The position numbers and the translations under genes are program-made. A DNA stretch of 62,815 nt, filler included, from Choristocarpus tenellus KU-1152 (taxonomy: Eukaryota > Protista > Phaeophyceae): assembly GCA_964200185.2 (NCBI GenBank). It is 10 parts of 10 records of this genome, joined end to end, with 100 filler letters (N's around TTAATTAATTAA, not from the genome) between each part and the next. Parts side by side here need not be neighbours in the genome. Positions count along the whole stretch, not along the records: positions 1 to 5,301 come from CAXNAD020011229.1; positions 5,402 to 14,103 come from CAXNAD020004430.1; 8 more parts are not named here. The stretch is one strand, 5' to 3'. How positions within the stretch are numbered: position 1 is the stretch's first letter; each line of letters opens with the position of its first letter. The notes below the pieces were generated by a model. That model did not search any database, was not told the DNA's origin, and saw only the letters and a program-made list of their open reading frames with translations. Shown here in pieces: positions 1-12,700 of the stretch.

Positions 1-3000
1 CCTTTTCCTCCCCCTTCCCCCCCCCCCCTCTCCTCTCCTCGTCCCTTGAATTTTGTCTTCCGTCCTTCTCCCACAAAACCCCCCCTTTCCCTCGCCTCGA
101 TAGCAAACCGTAGAACTGTCAACACCTTGGTAGGAATCTTTTTGTTGTTCCCAACAAGTTTGTCCCACGTTGAAACAACACCCGCCACAGGTTCCCAGCT
201 TACATCTTTAACCCGCTTCGGTTTCCCAGTTCGCCCGGATCTATCACCAGCGTGTATATAGCGTTTGACAAAAGTACTTTTCCCGTACTTTTCAAGGGTC
301 AGAAATGCGGCGTTGTCACGTGTGTGGTCACTGGTCGGCCGAAGCCAGCGAAGATCCACCCCACGCTCCCCATCGTCGCCAATGCACTCCGCTAGAATGT
401 TGCCGACCAAGAACGGCGCCTCTGTTGCCACAAAAAAGTCAAACCTGCTTCCTGCACGGTGACGAGGTTTCGATCGTTCGCCGATCTCAAGGTAGCACGA
501 GGCCAACCCCGTCGACGGAAGCCAGCTTCTTCCGTGTCACTGTCCGATGAGGAAGAGTCTGTTTCCTCGAGCCCGCTGGGATCATTGTCACCGCTGACGA
601 GATTACCTCCTCCACCCGAACGTTCGCCCTCGTCGGTGTCTTTGACGTCGCTGGCCCCAGTTCCAGCACCATCGTCATCGGTGAGAAGCCAATGGACTGG
701 GAGGTCGAACTCTCGTTCCCCTATCTTTTTGAGAAGTCGCACAGACTCGCTTTGCTCGTGTTTCGCTCTCCGAACGGCTTCATCGTCTGCGAAGGTGGAT
801 GGCATGAGCGCGAGAACATCAACAGTATGGAAACATGATTGTGACTTAGGGTTAGGCTGTAAGGTTGCACGAAGGCGCTCGGGGAGCATGTAGTGAGAGG
901 GAGAGTGTAGATTTCGTCGGATTCGTCACTGCTGAGTACAAGACCGGTACCCTCAAAACAATTATTGCCTGTAATCTATAGTACTTGTTTATTGTGACTC
1001 GCGACGATCACTACGCATGAGAATGGAATATTTTTCTAGGTTGTTTTTATAAAGGCTGTAAAGGCTGCCTCATCCAGAAGTTGCACCAGATTTTTTTAGC
1101 TGCCACCGAATACAAAAATTGGCCATCAACTCCCCTCACGAAATGTTTGACTTACCCAGTGGGTACGCAGCAGCAAGGCGCTCGTGCAACGCCTGGTACC
1201 GCTGCTCCACCTTCAGGATGACGTCTCCGGGCACGCTCTTGAGCTGGTAGGGGGGTGCATCTTGGAGACGAGGAGGGTGGCCAATGAAGAGGTCGTGCGG
1301 AGGGGCGTTGGGGTCGATAGCAACGTTGGCGCCTATCCCATTCCATGCGGTGCCGTGCATGTATGGCTTTATGCTGACGTTAACCCGCCCATCACCGCCT
1401 TTTTCAACGCGAAAAGCCCTGTAGCTCGTGATGTTTGGAACACAGTTGACGCGACCACGAAGGAGTCCCTTGAAGTTGCCCTCGCTCCGTAGGGTCTTGC
1501 AGTAGACTGGAACCTCGGTGTAAGAGGCCTGCAGCTCTTCACCCAGCTGTGTTCTTGTGAAGATGATACCATGTGAGAACCTGAAGGTGAAATACAAGCA
1601 AGTTAATTTTGAGTCGGGCGCGAAAGAAATGTGGGCAAGACGCACGTGCGCTTGTGAACTTTCAACCCCATAGAAGATGCAATGTTAGAAGAATAGGCAG
1701 TGATCCACGTGGGGAAGGAGAAAGGAATGGTTGGGTTGTCTCCAGGGGGGGGTATGTGGTCGAATCGGTACAGCAGGCGGCGGAAGAAGGTGCAAGAGGT
1801 TTCATGACGATGTGAATTTTTGTGGACAGATGATGCTAGGCGTAGCTACGGGGAGGACGAAGAGCTTTACCAAAAGCCGTCATGGTCGTTTCCTCGCGAG
1901 AAGGATTAACGAAGACAGAGAGCCGTTGCCCTTGCGATCTTGTCCGGTGTAGATGGGTATTACACTTTGTATTACATGCCAACATAGGATGTGTTGGATT
2001 TGGTGTAAAATAGCATAGAAGTGGAGAAGCAAGATATACATGCAGGCACATGCTCTGATGCATGTATATGGAAGTATAAATATAAAAAGGGGTGATGCGT
2101 ACATTTTTGTTTTGTTTTGTTTCGAGGCTAGGTTACAATACAGTTATGTCAGCTGCTCTTCTCGTGCTATTTTGGTGTGGGGAAATCAAAAGCCAATCAA
2201 TCAATTGCAGTGCATGGCCATAAACCTTCCAGAGTGGCAACAAGCGTGAACTGCAAGCCTCAAGGCAGTATCTGTCCATGTAAAAACACCATGTGGTTAT
2301 CGCATACACAGTGTGTGCCTAATTACCTGGAGAAGATCTGATCAATCTTGATGTGCGTGTGCCCCACCATCATAAAATGTATCTCGACCACACGAATGAC
2401 ACTCGCCGCGACCAACAGCCCCGCATATCCGAGAAAGAAATTGTTCTTGTTCTCTGAGACGCAGTTGTCGACCTGGGTAGTTTGGGGAGTGGGGAGCGAG
2501 GGAGGGATGGGCGTGGGGCCGATATGTCAGCCCGTTTCGCCGCGTTTCGTGGAGAAACAGGTCGTGTTTCCAGTAGTGCTAGAGCGCAAGCTCTACATCA
2601 CCGCCATCATACATGCAAGTTGCAACCCACAAACCAAAACTAAATACCACGCAGTTAGTTACTTGGTGGCCACTATTCGCCAAGTAGATCGCAAGTAGGT
2701 CGTCTCAAGATTGAACTTTCGTACCTGCCAATGCGCGTGCTGGATGATGCAACCCCCCGCGTGATCGAGGCTGTTGTGGTACTTGTCGATAAGCCTTGTG
2801 AGGGCAATGTGGGTGACTGTGCAGACAAGGTTACAACCTGCGCGAACGATGATGTCTGTCATTAGTTGGCAAATAGTACTTTGCTTACTAACGCATTGTT
2901 TACTTGGAGCTAAAAAGAGGGGTAATGCAATGTGTTTTTGCATTGTAGAGCACATACACCCGACTGGCTGATATAGATGCCTGTCGGTTCCCTCCTCCTT

Positions 3001-5226
3001 GATTAGCTCTTATGCTCCTCTTGCCCTTCCGAAGCTGAGGCGTATGAGGGCAGGGGAGCACAGTGCATCATCAGTTAATCGACTGTTCACCAGGCCTGCG
3101 GTATCTGTAGACAAATCGTGTAAGGATGTACTCGTCCTCGGGTATCTAACCTGCGGCGGGATCCCTCACCATGACGGTAAATCAAGTGGTGCATGCGCAA
3201 CCAGCATCTATTCGGTCGTGTGATTGTTGTACCATAACCCACAATACGTATCTCCTCCAAGATTTTGAGGAGTGAAGAACATCTCCGCGAACTGGCCTTC
3301 GACGTGTGCGGCCATGATCTTCTGGCGCTCGGAGTAGCCCCTGATAACAAGGATATGAACCAAAGAAACATGTAAAGAAAGGTGTTACGGTGCGTCATCA
3401 TCATGATGAACGGAAGAGGTAGTGGAATTATGTGCGTTTTTTTTGGTGGTTATTTCTTGGGACTTTGCACTCACTCGTTCAATAAAACAGGGTAGTCTAT
3501 TCTCTTCTGTGTGCGGCAGCAAACTTGTTGACAAATGGACTATGCGAGTGTGTGGTTACCTGTCACCGCCGTGGGTGGGTGGGTAAAGTGCTGGGAGGGC
3601 GTGGGATGTCTGGTTCGCTGCATCTACAGACATGAACACGAAGCCGAGGTTTTGCCGTCGGCTTTGGCCCGCATGGCGTTGCTGGTGTTTTTGGTGATGA
3701 CCCGCCGATCCGTTTGGATAATCTGGCGAACGGGGGAGAGCAACATCACGTCTATAAATCAAATAAATCTGCTTAGAGAGGTGTAAAAAAATGGCCACTT
3801 GTTAACACGCACCAGGTACGTGACAAAGATCGAGTGTAGGTAACAATAAATGTTTGTCTTTGCTCCTATTTTTTACTGCTGCATTCAAGGCAAAGACATT
3901 ATTATCGGCACGGGAGCAAGTACGTACGTACGGGGCCGGAAGACCGCAACATGACATGTCCCTCCCACAGCCCGTTGTAGATGACCAGGAAACAGTCCAT
4001 CACACAAGGTGTTTGGGCAACTAATAACAACAGTATTGCGCTGAGTGAGGCTGCTGCTGCTGCCATAAGCACCTGAATCGGAGTCTTCATTCGCAAAAGG
4101 CAACAGATGTTGTTCCCAATGGAGGGCAATGACAGCGACATGTTGCTACTGTACAATTGTCGCAAAATTAACGCTGGACACCTACCTTTTGATGGTCTGA
4201 CAGCTCCTTGTCGATGGACTCGAGGACGGTGGAGTCGTTCGTGGGTTTTACACCAGGCACACCGTCCCGCTTCTCTTTTAACGTGACACATACGTCACAT
4301 TTCATAAATTCGCCTCCTACCCTCACCCTGATGTTGGGCCTGTCCTCTCTGAGCAATTGGAGGAAGTGTGCCTTGCTTACCCGCTTGGAAGTGTCGTCAG
4401 GATACACCCGTATTGCCTCTTTGCAAAAGTCCTTGTATAGCTCCTAATTAATAATGTTGTTTGTGTGGACAAGTGAGGAATTATTGAGAAGGAACACTCG
4501 AAGAACACCGCTGCATGATCTCTTGAAGGCGGACTGACCAATAACTTAACTGACAATACGGAAGACAGGATTAAGCAAGCTTACATCGTGCGTAATGAAA
4601 GAGCAAATAGAATGATCTTCGTAAATCTGCCACGAGCGCCATTCTCTTTGGGTTTCGCCGCCGTTTGCAGAAACGTAAAGGAGGTGAATCTACCATCATC
4701 ATCATCATCATCGCGAAGTCTTTGAGACATACGAAGTACACACTTTTACTACCAAGGTCAGACCGGGCCCGGGGCCACAGAGTAGGTGTACACAGCGGTG
4801 AAATAACAGTTACTGTGCCTTGCTCCGTAAAAGTGATGAAGAGTATCATCATCATCATTGTAGTCTCGAGATTACAAAGAAAAAAAACAGTACTTCGTAT
4901 GAAGCTTCACATTTTTTAAAAACCAAAATCTCAGACCGGTCAAAGTAATAACCACCCACCACTTGAAATACTCCTTTGATCCACTTCTTCTATGTACTGC
5001 TGGGTCACACGGTTTGCAACTAACTCCAACGCAGGGTGTAGCCAACCTCTCCACAACCAAGGGCAAAACCTACCTCTTTGTTCGCGGCATAGATCACAAT
5101 TGCGGTCTTGTGAGGCATGAACTGCCCGTACCTATCCGCCCAGTAGTCTATCCAGGACATCACCAGGTCTCACTTCGGAGCCATGTCCTTCTCTTTGTTC
5201 GTGCCGTTCCTGTTGTAGTAGCGCAT
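1..5226 (-). pseudogene. Multi-exon DUF7869-family (Sola1-like DDD) transposase pseudogene, partial at both ends
   Basis: Hand-spliced minus-strand exons: ~5226/5209-5074, 4443-4186, 3722-3560, 3340-3252, 2837-2725, 2472-2327, 1580-1156, 786-1. Phases are compatible. Motifs: SWIDYWADRYGQFMP, FMKCDVC, FMSVDAANQ, WQVDNCVSENKNN, FMMVGHTHIKIDQIFS, C-terminal PFLVG..LRWLRP. Lesions: in-frame TGA at 5172-5170, frameshifts near 3650 and 445, donor ATACGT instead of GTACGT at 3251. Confidence 0.8.
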
Positions 5227-5301
5227 GTATGTATATATGGATGGGAGGTGTGTTGGAGGTGGATATAAGGGACGGGGGATGGAAACGCAGAGGAATCGTA
5301 G

Positions 5302-5401
5302 NNNNNNNNNNNNNNNNNNNNNNNNNNNNNNNNNNNNNNNNNNNNTTAATTAATTAANNNNNNNNNNNNNNNNNNNNNNNNNNNNNNNNNNNNNNNNNNN
5401 N
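5302..5401. other. Artificial contig linker (N44-TTAATTAATTAA-N44)
   Basis: Identical 100-nt spacer carrying six-frame stops. It recurs at 14104-14203, 23669-23768, 27493-27592, 35523-35622, 40067-40166, 49492-49591, 52336-52435 and 59939-60038. Confidence 0.98.
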
Positions 5402-5445
5402 CTCCCTATTGTAGACCCCTCCCCCCCTCCCAGATACTTTGGGTC

Positions 5446-5880
5446 AAGACAATGACCAGATTTCGGCATTCTCCTTGCTACCTGCCGTGGACCTGCCAAA
5501 GACCTTCACACGGACTCCAGCAGTGGGACAAGACAATCCTCAATGATGGCCTGTCAGCGTGACAAGCACTGAAGACCAAATACGAAGCTGTGACAGAACA
5601 ATGGATGCATGCTGTTCATTGCCGGTTTGGCACTGTACGATGGGAACTGACGAGGATCCCGACCAGTGGCTCCTGAACCTCTACAAGGCTAAAAGCTGAG
5701 TTGGAGGGGTTTGGGGAAACCATTAGAGAGCTCTGCATGTGGGCCGCACTGCTCCCCAGCCTTTGTCCTGACTACAATGCCCTGCAAAGCCAAGTTCGAT
5801 TTCAGTCGGACTACTCCACCGAGGACCTTACCACAGCCATTCGGGTCACATACAACAACAACCTCAACCTTACCGATCAC
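5446..5880 (+). mobile_element. Degenerate Copia-type gag (UBN2-like) remnant
   Basis: Broken frames give IFGILLATCRGPAKDL, A*QALKTKYE, DEDPDQWL, LEGFGETI and LLPSLCPDYNALQSQV, which follow the Copia gag pattern. Confidence 0.6.
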
Positions 5881-6160
5881 CCAACGGATGGAGCTCCCAA
5901 CCTTGCTCTCACTGCTCGAGTTCCTAAGCTCCTAACTCCTACCACTGCCGCCACTGCCACCAGCCTGGTCACCACCCGCGCCAATGACCAAACACCCTGC
6001 CCCTACCCCATCACCATCCTATGTCCCTGTCCCATACTCTGAAACTTGATGTTCGTACCACATGGCACCCACGCACACTGATCGAGAATGCCGAGCAAAA
6101 CATCGACACCTTCACCGCCTGTCCGACCCCCACCCACCTACTCCATTCCCACCTACTCTA

Positions 6161-6901
6161 TCAATTAAGAACAGCCATGAACCACTACCCATAGGATCAA
6201 GAAAGAGCTCTGGAATCTGACATATCTTTACTATGTCTGGACCTGGTAAGTTCTATGTGTTGAGTCAAATGAAGCCACAGGCTCCACTCCTGTTGGTGTG
6301 CCCATCCTCTTGACGTTTCAGCTTTGCAACCATACTCCCCCCAGAATCCAAGGGCTTTGATTCTCAAAAGGTGCTACCAGAGTCATTAAACAAAAGCGAC
6401 TGTGAATCCCTAGTCGGCATAGTTTATGGTTAAGACTACGATGGCATCTAATCATCTTTAATCACGTAGTGTTTTGTTCTTGATTAATTTAAATGTTCTT
6501 GATAAATGCTTTCGCAGTAGTTCATCTTCCATGAATCAAGAATTTCACCCCTCACAAATAAAACTAATACCCTCAATGGTTAAGTGAACCATTACACCAC
6601 AACATCCAAACCAACAAAATAGACCACCATGGCCCTACCTCAATATCCCATAATACTAATGTGTATCCAACGACCTATGCCTGCTTTGAACTCTCTGATT
6701 TTTGGTAGTAAAAGACAGGTGCTGGATGACCCGACAACCTAATACCAGGCCACAACTACCCGAAAATGGAGCGACCCCTACAAGAAACCTAAAAGCCTCG
6801 AGGAGGAGGATGAGACCCAGCAGTTAACCCTCAAATCCAACAACGAGCGTTTTCACTGCGGCAACTTTAATATACACATTTGTAGCTGTACCGTGGTAGC
6901 T
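6161..6901 (-). pseudogene. Degenerate 18S rRNA fragment (V4 to approximately V6)
   Basis: The plus strand matches reverse-complemented SSU landmarks: TGTTGAGTCAAAT.AAGCC.CAGGCTCCACTCC, CCCTAGTCGGCAT.GTTTATGGTTAAGACTACGATGG, AAATGCTTTCGCAGTAGTT, AAATCCAAC.ACGAGC.TTT, CAACTTTAATATAC. Many substitutions and indels. Confidence 0.92.
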
Positions 6902-6959
6902 CAACCTTTCCGCCTCTACCCACTTCCCTAGCCAGGGACACACCTCAATAATGAGTGCC

Positions 6960-7218
6960 AAGTGAAAGTATCTTAGACGGTACGAGTTTTGGCCTGTTTG
7001 TCCATTTGGGGCTTGGCATCCTATGGGGTTTTTAATGACATCTTTCTACTCCAAAGTGTTTCGAAGTAGGTAAAATGTACATGTTATGAGAAGGTGTGTC
7101 CGGAACAAGGATATTGACACTTTCTAACAAACACAATGGCCAAAATTACATCAAAATCGCAACATTGGATTTTGGTCCCCAAATGGACGCGGCCCTGCCC
7201 TCTAAGCTACTTTGGCTT
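6960..7218 (+). mobile_element. 259-bp non-autonomous TIR element (MITE), copy 1
   Basis: Ends AAGTGAAAGTATCTTAGA...TCTAAGCTACTTTGGCTT, subterminal inverted GTCCATTTGGGG/CCCCAAATGGAC, flanked by TGCC on both sides. Homologous to 20319-20577 and 53862-54119. Confidence 0.9.
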
Positions 7219-7249
7219 TGCCCTGAATTTTTCGCAAGCCAGTATGGCC

Positions 7250-8640
7250 TACTTAAGGATTTAAGTTAGGATCCGGGCTTGGCGGCAGCAGGAGCATCCA
7301 TGCATGACCCACATGATCAGGAACCATCTCATTAACCCTCACTGCCCTGCCACTCGTGCTCCTACCACCAGTGCCTTGGCAGAACTCGGTGGCAGGCTGG
7401 GGAGCTAGCCCCTGCTGGCGCGTTGTACCTTGAGCTACACCCAGACGGCTTGTTCCTCCCCCTACACTCAAGGGTTGCTGTCTGTCGCCCCAGGGTTGTT
7501 GTCTCTGCCCTGTCCCAAATCCCCTCTCAGGACCTGTACCTGTACCACGTTGCTGTGGGTGCCCCTGCTGCTTATGCTCGTGCTCCTTCCGGACTCCAAC
7601 CAGCAATCTCCGGCATTGAGCATATTTTTTATGCCCAACTTTCCCACATGCATCACTACAAGTCCTTTTGAACCTGTCCTTCCTCACACTCAATCCTTCA
7701 CTAGGTATGCCTCTCCCTGGCTTGCCTATCTTCTCCCCAAACCTAGTCTTCCCTCCTGCTTGGTTTGTTTCTTTTTGTATGTCTGGACCCGTTCACACAT
7801 CCTCCATTTTTCAGCTTGCTCCTTTACTCGCTCAAACATCTGGTCTGAATCCTTTTTTAGCTCAGGGTCCTATTCTACATGCTTAGAACTTTCTGCCTTA
7901 ATCGCAGGAGGTTTGAACCCTGCAATAAAGGCCTCCGAGAGTACTTCCCCGGCCCTGCCTTCCAAGTCTCCCCTACTTGTCCTGCATTTCGGTGGAAAGC
8001 ACCATCTAGATTGTTATCTTCGAGATAGCCCTCGATATCCTGGATCACTCCCATGACCTGACCAGTGGTGGACCCTTCATTTACCATCCACGCCACCCTC
8101 TGCAGATCCCGTTAGATTTGCCCAATGTCGAAGGTTCAGTCTTCGCCATCTACTCACGCCACCTTCTTGAGCGCTTTTAGTAGTTGCTCCTCCGTTGCTG
8201 CAGCCCAATTGTTTTGAAGTTCGCCCCTCAATAGTGGTCGTCTATAAGCAATGGTTAGGGACTCAGACAGCGTCAAATGTGCAATTTGCACGCCTCTTTT
8301 CGTGAGTGCTGTACCCTATCGCTCATCTCGTATTCCCGTCAAGCTGTCACTAATTCCCTCACCTCCTTCTCTGCCAGTCTCTCAACCCGCGGAGGTTGAA
8401 TATGCTGCACAATCTGAAGCTTAGACCAATTGGTCTCACACAAGCCCCCCCAGGCTGCGCCAGGTCCATCTTCGTCATTCCTCTACATACTAGACCCCTT
8501 CAATATAATCCCTCTCCTGGTTTCTGCCCACTTGTGTGCACTCCAAGCTCCAGCAAGCTCCCGCGATCATGTGTTGACCTTCCCCAGCCAATTATAGCGC
8601 CGCGCTCGATCCTACGGCCAGGTCTTGAGAATTCCATGGA
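7250..8640 (-). mobile_element. Degenerate LTR-retrotransposon gag remnant with zinc knuckle
   Basis: The 7253-7693 ORF contains a degraded CCHC knuckle (CSDACGKVGHKKYAQC) followed by a Q/G-rich tail. Upstream frames are broken. Lies inside the insertion that splits the 18S relic. Confidence 0.55.
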
Positions 8641-8832
8641 GTTATAGACATTTCAACCACAGTAACTGATCTATGATGGCTTGTAAGGGCTCCACCCAAC
8701 GTTGGGGCTTACAGCTCTCTTATTTGTTTTAGGAGTGAGCATAGGTCCTGTCAAGGACTTCATATGTTCCAAACACCAAATACTGCAAAAGCCTCAGTCA
8801 TGTAAGGAAACCCCTCCATGCTGTGTCTACGG

Positions 8833-9225
8833 GCTGTACCAGAATTGCCCTCCAATTGATCCGGGATAAGGGTTTTATATTGTTATTCCTATTGCCAGAC
8901 TTACTCAAGAGAGCCTGGCATTGTTAACTGTTGTCACTAACCCGTCCCTGACTCAGGATTGGGTCATTTACAGTCTACTGCTTTCCCTGGACGTAGTATC
9001 CATCTTCCAGGATCCCACGCTGGAATCTAACCCCAATTCCCCACTACCCATTAAAGTCATGGTAGGCTAATTCTCGGCCTTCGACAGCCGATAGGACAGA
9101 AACTCAAATATAACATCGCCAATTGCGGCATGCAATCTGCAAGTGATCATGATTCACCACTAACCGGCCCAAGCCGCATTGACTACAGTCTAATCAATGC
9201 AGTCTGTCTGCCACGAACAGCAGAT
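8833..9225 (-). pseudogene. Degenerate 18S rRNA fragment (V2-V3), continuing the 6161-6901 piece
   Basis: ACCAGAATTGCCCTCCAATTGATCC, TTGTCACTA, TCAGGATTGGGT, CCCATTAAAGTCATGGTAGGC and GATAGGACAGAAACT are collinear with reverse-complemented 18S and resume where the upstream piece stops. Confidence 0.9.
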
Positions 9226-9554
9226 TTCAAAAATTGAGGATGGAGCTTTTTATTGTGGATGGGCTTGACCCAAAATTGACTGGGAGAAAGTGTCGATATG
9301 TTTTTTTTTGTAATATAAAACAAATATATAATTTTCGAGACAAGTGTATGATTCCTGGGAGAATCAACCAGATTTACAACCGTCCTTCGTCACCCCACCT
9401 TCACTTGCGCCAGCCGACCGACCGACCGACCATCCCTCAAACGAGACGGCCACACGTAGCGCGACGACGTACGCAAAAAAGACCACGAAATACAACAAAC
9501 CAAACAAAACACACTACGCACAACTAACTCATACTCTTGTTAAAACGTGGGACT

Positions 9555-9760
9555 GAATTAATTGTGCTCTTGTACGGTGAAAGGTTGGTTGTGGTGAAGG
9601 GGTGTCATAGTGCAACAAAGCAGGTAGTACAAGAGTAGGTCGTGTGTATCGTTTAGTTCTTCAGGCTCGTAACCTGTTGGAACCTGGGTTTCAATGAATT
9701 ATGCTCTTGTACGGTGAGAGGTTGGTTGTGGCGAAGGGGCGTTGCAGTGCAACGAAGCAC
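9555..9760 (+). repeat. Imperfect direct repeat (~65 bp, two copies ~140 bp apart)
   Basis: TGCTCTTGTACGGTGA.AGGTTGGTTGTGG.GAAGGGG.GT...AGTGCAAC.AAGCA occurs at ~9565 and ~9702. Confidence 0.8.
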
Positions 9761-12700
9761 TGGTGAATTCAAGCAGATGAACCTCGCGACATTCTTCTGC
9801 ACAGTTGTGTGTCAGGTATACTTAGTGCAGAGTGAGCTCGGTGTCTAAGTGGGGACCTGTCCAACCAAGAAAAAAAGAATGAACAATATATGAGATACAA
9901 CTTGTGGTTCTCTGTTGTGAAGATATTAACGAAGAGAAACAAACTTGACTCAATATCTGGGACAACTCATGTGGCACACACTTATGCATGTATGTTTGAT
10001 AGATGTCGACTCTGTAATACTTGCTATGAACCATGGAGTTGTAACAGTGATTGATGATTCTATAATGTAGTACAAAGAACGTAAAAGGTGAGTGACGACC
10101 ACTGATGTGCGAATCAACAGTCAGTATCGACCGGAAATACTGCGTAGTATCAATAGCACAAAACACGAGTAGCCTATGTTTCAACAACTATTCCCTACCT
10201 TACCTTCAAAGTGAGACCATTGTCAGTGTGTCCGAGTAGTATAGCTGTGCCAAAATATTGCCGCAGCCCGCAAAACAATCATGCCCAAAATGCACAGTAC
10301 CTCTGAGCAAGTGCACCCCCACAGGGGTCCCTCCTGCTACACATCCTACCCTTACGTCCACAACAAAATACCCTCACACCTACTCACAGCAAAAAAAGAG
10401 CAACAAATGCAGCTAACTGGGAGTCCCCCACCGACAGGAAAGGAACACACAACAAGGAAACACCAAAAGTAGGGACGCGAAAAAGAAAAACGCAGTGCCC
10501 CCACAACAACTACAATTAGTGAAGGGGGAAGCAGCACACGTGTCCCTCCTTGCCAGAACCACCCTGGTCTGCGTACATTATACAGCTATCTCAGTTGTTG
10601 AGAACCTGCACAACCCACACCGCCTTAAACACCACCACCGACCAACAATACCCAAATACCCCTCCTGCACAAGCACACGCACGAAAACCACATGCAAGGA
10701 CCTGCGGCTCTCTCTGTTCCATCTGTGTGCCATGCCGCCCTGTGCTACACCAGTTGGCGACAAAATAATATGATCCTCAAACAACGCCGCACGGCACCAT
10801 CACCAACCACACGCACGACCCAGCAACACAACCCCAGACTCCTGCTCGAAACCAGCGAGAGGGGGGACAGAAGGATGCTGCACAACAACAACGCATCAAA
10901 CACCCAAACCACATGCACACCCAACATGATACCGACAACGGCGCGCCCCACAAAATATTTTAACAAAGACTACTCATTTTATTTGTTTTGATACGATACA
11001 GTATCGTCAGTCCATACTGATTGTTGATTTTCCATTGTAATGGTCGCTACTCTCACTTACCTCATTAGCTCCTCATCACAACATTATCAATCACCTCCAA
11101 AACACCAGAGGTACATAGGAAAGCATAAGAATAGTCACTTCTTATCACACATGCAGGCATAACATACATCGCATCAGTTCCCTCAGACATTGGTTCAAGT
11201 TTGTCTCCTTGTTTCTTCTCTGTTTTTTTCCCTTCTCCTTCACACATGAACTTTTCAGTTGGATATCGTCTTTGATTATTATTTTTTCCTATCTGACGTT
11301 ACCCCTTCACACTTCACCATGCCCACTCTGTAAGACGCACCAGGCACACACAATGATGCAATATAATCAGAGTTAAAAACATATTTCGAAACCTTTCTCA
11401 GCTAAGGTGACAAGCCTCTTCACAGAGCATGTATTTCTTCATTTGAGCGTTTCAATGAATGATCGATCACACATATTTCAAAACAAAATACCCACAAACC
11501 CCCCTACCCACACCATCCCTTGTCCACACTCACACCCAGGGGACCCGTACCTTCCCTCGCAAAAGCCCTCGCACAACACACCATCCACGATCACACACCA
11601 CACATTACCACGTCGTCACTCGCAACCCTCATCCACACTCAACCAAACAAAACCAGACCATAATCGGTAGGAATACCTCACCCATGCACCACAAACGCAA
11701 ATATATATATATGCACCGATACAACATCAATAATAACGTACTGTATTAAACAACAAAAATATTTGCGACAGAGACAGGTCCTGTTGGGACCTGACCTCAG
11801 TCCATTTCATTTCCGCACACGCACACACAAGTGTATTGCACTCACACTTCTTTGTCATGGTTCGCATAAACATCAACAACCACAGGTATGCCCTGAAAAT
11901 ATCCGGACCACCTAACATTGACGGTCACAATGATATGACGTGTCATCCACCCAATCTGAGAGACTCAACTCTAGTTTATCCCAAGAGTTTACGGTTGTGA
12001 AAAGCTTGGGGTTTGCTCCAGCAACCCCCTCTGACATTCTCGTGATCCCTCTTCTGATTCACCCCCTTCCACATCAGCTTTACTATTAGTGCTTGTAGAA
12101 CAGGCCACGTCCAGTAGCTCATCTCTTACGTCCTGTGCCAAGCCCCTGACAACATCATCCTGCCCTTCTAGTTGTAGCTATTCCTGAGCCCTAGTGATGC
12201 TATTGTTGGTCGGAAGCTCACCAGCCTTTCTGCTCTTGCCTCTGAGACAACTTGACGAGTTCTTAGCTTCCCCTTGCGCTCTGCCGAACTGGACAAGGCA
12301 CAGCCCCTAAACTTGTTGGCAGTTCTTTCTCTCAAAGTTGACCCCGTTGCAGACATCTGTAGCTTGGTTGCGACAAACGTTTCTGATCCAGTTGGAGAAG
12401 ATGAAGTCTTTGATACAAGGATAGCGAAAATCATCACGGGTGCCTTCATCACTCTTGTCTCCTTCAGGTGTTTGATAATCAAAGCACTGTGTCTTCGTTT
12501 CATTGTCCCCACCTGAATCCATAGAGCCACAAATTTCATGAAGGTTGTGCCCACACACCTACATTTATGCCCAGTGAAGTGTAGTGACCCCGGTGTCACG
12601 GCAGGAACTGCAACAGGCGATGGGGGTCTTAATGGCGGTTTCATGAATGCTATTATGAACTTGACGTCGTAGATTTTAGATGGTGTCCTTCCTGACTATC

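Noticed and set aside
5346-5357. TTAATTAATTAA palindrome recurring nine times
   Set aside because: It is always centred in a 100-nt N block. It is a synthetic six-frame-stop linker, so cross-linker gene neighbourhoods are artefacts.
6885-8840. GCTGTACC on both sides of the insertion as an 8-bp TSD
   Set aside because: Both copies can be explained by decayed 18S sequence itself (GCTG..TACCGCGGCTGCTGGCACC). 18S similarity continues to ~6901, so the TSD is not secure.
6161-9225. Functional rRNA gene containing a group I intron
   Set aside because: Universally conserved positions are mutated, both ends are missing, and the insert is gag/MITE-like.
10223-10250. tRNA A-box-like GTCAGTGTGTCCGAGTAGT
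   Set aside because: No B box or cloverleaf follows.
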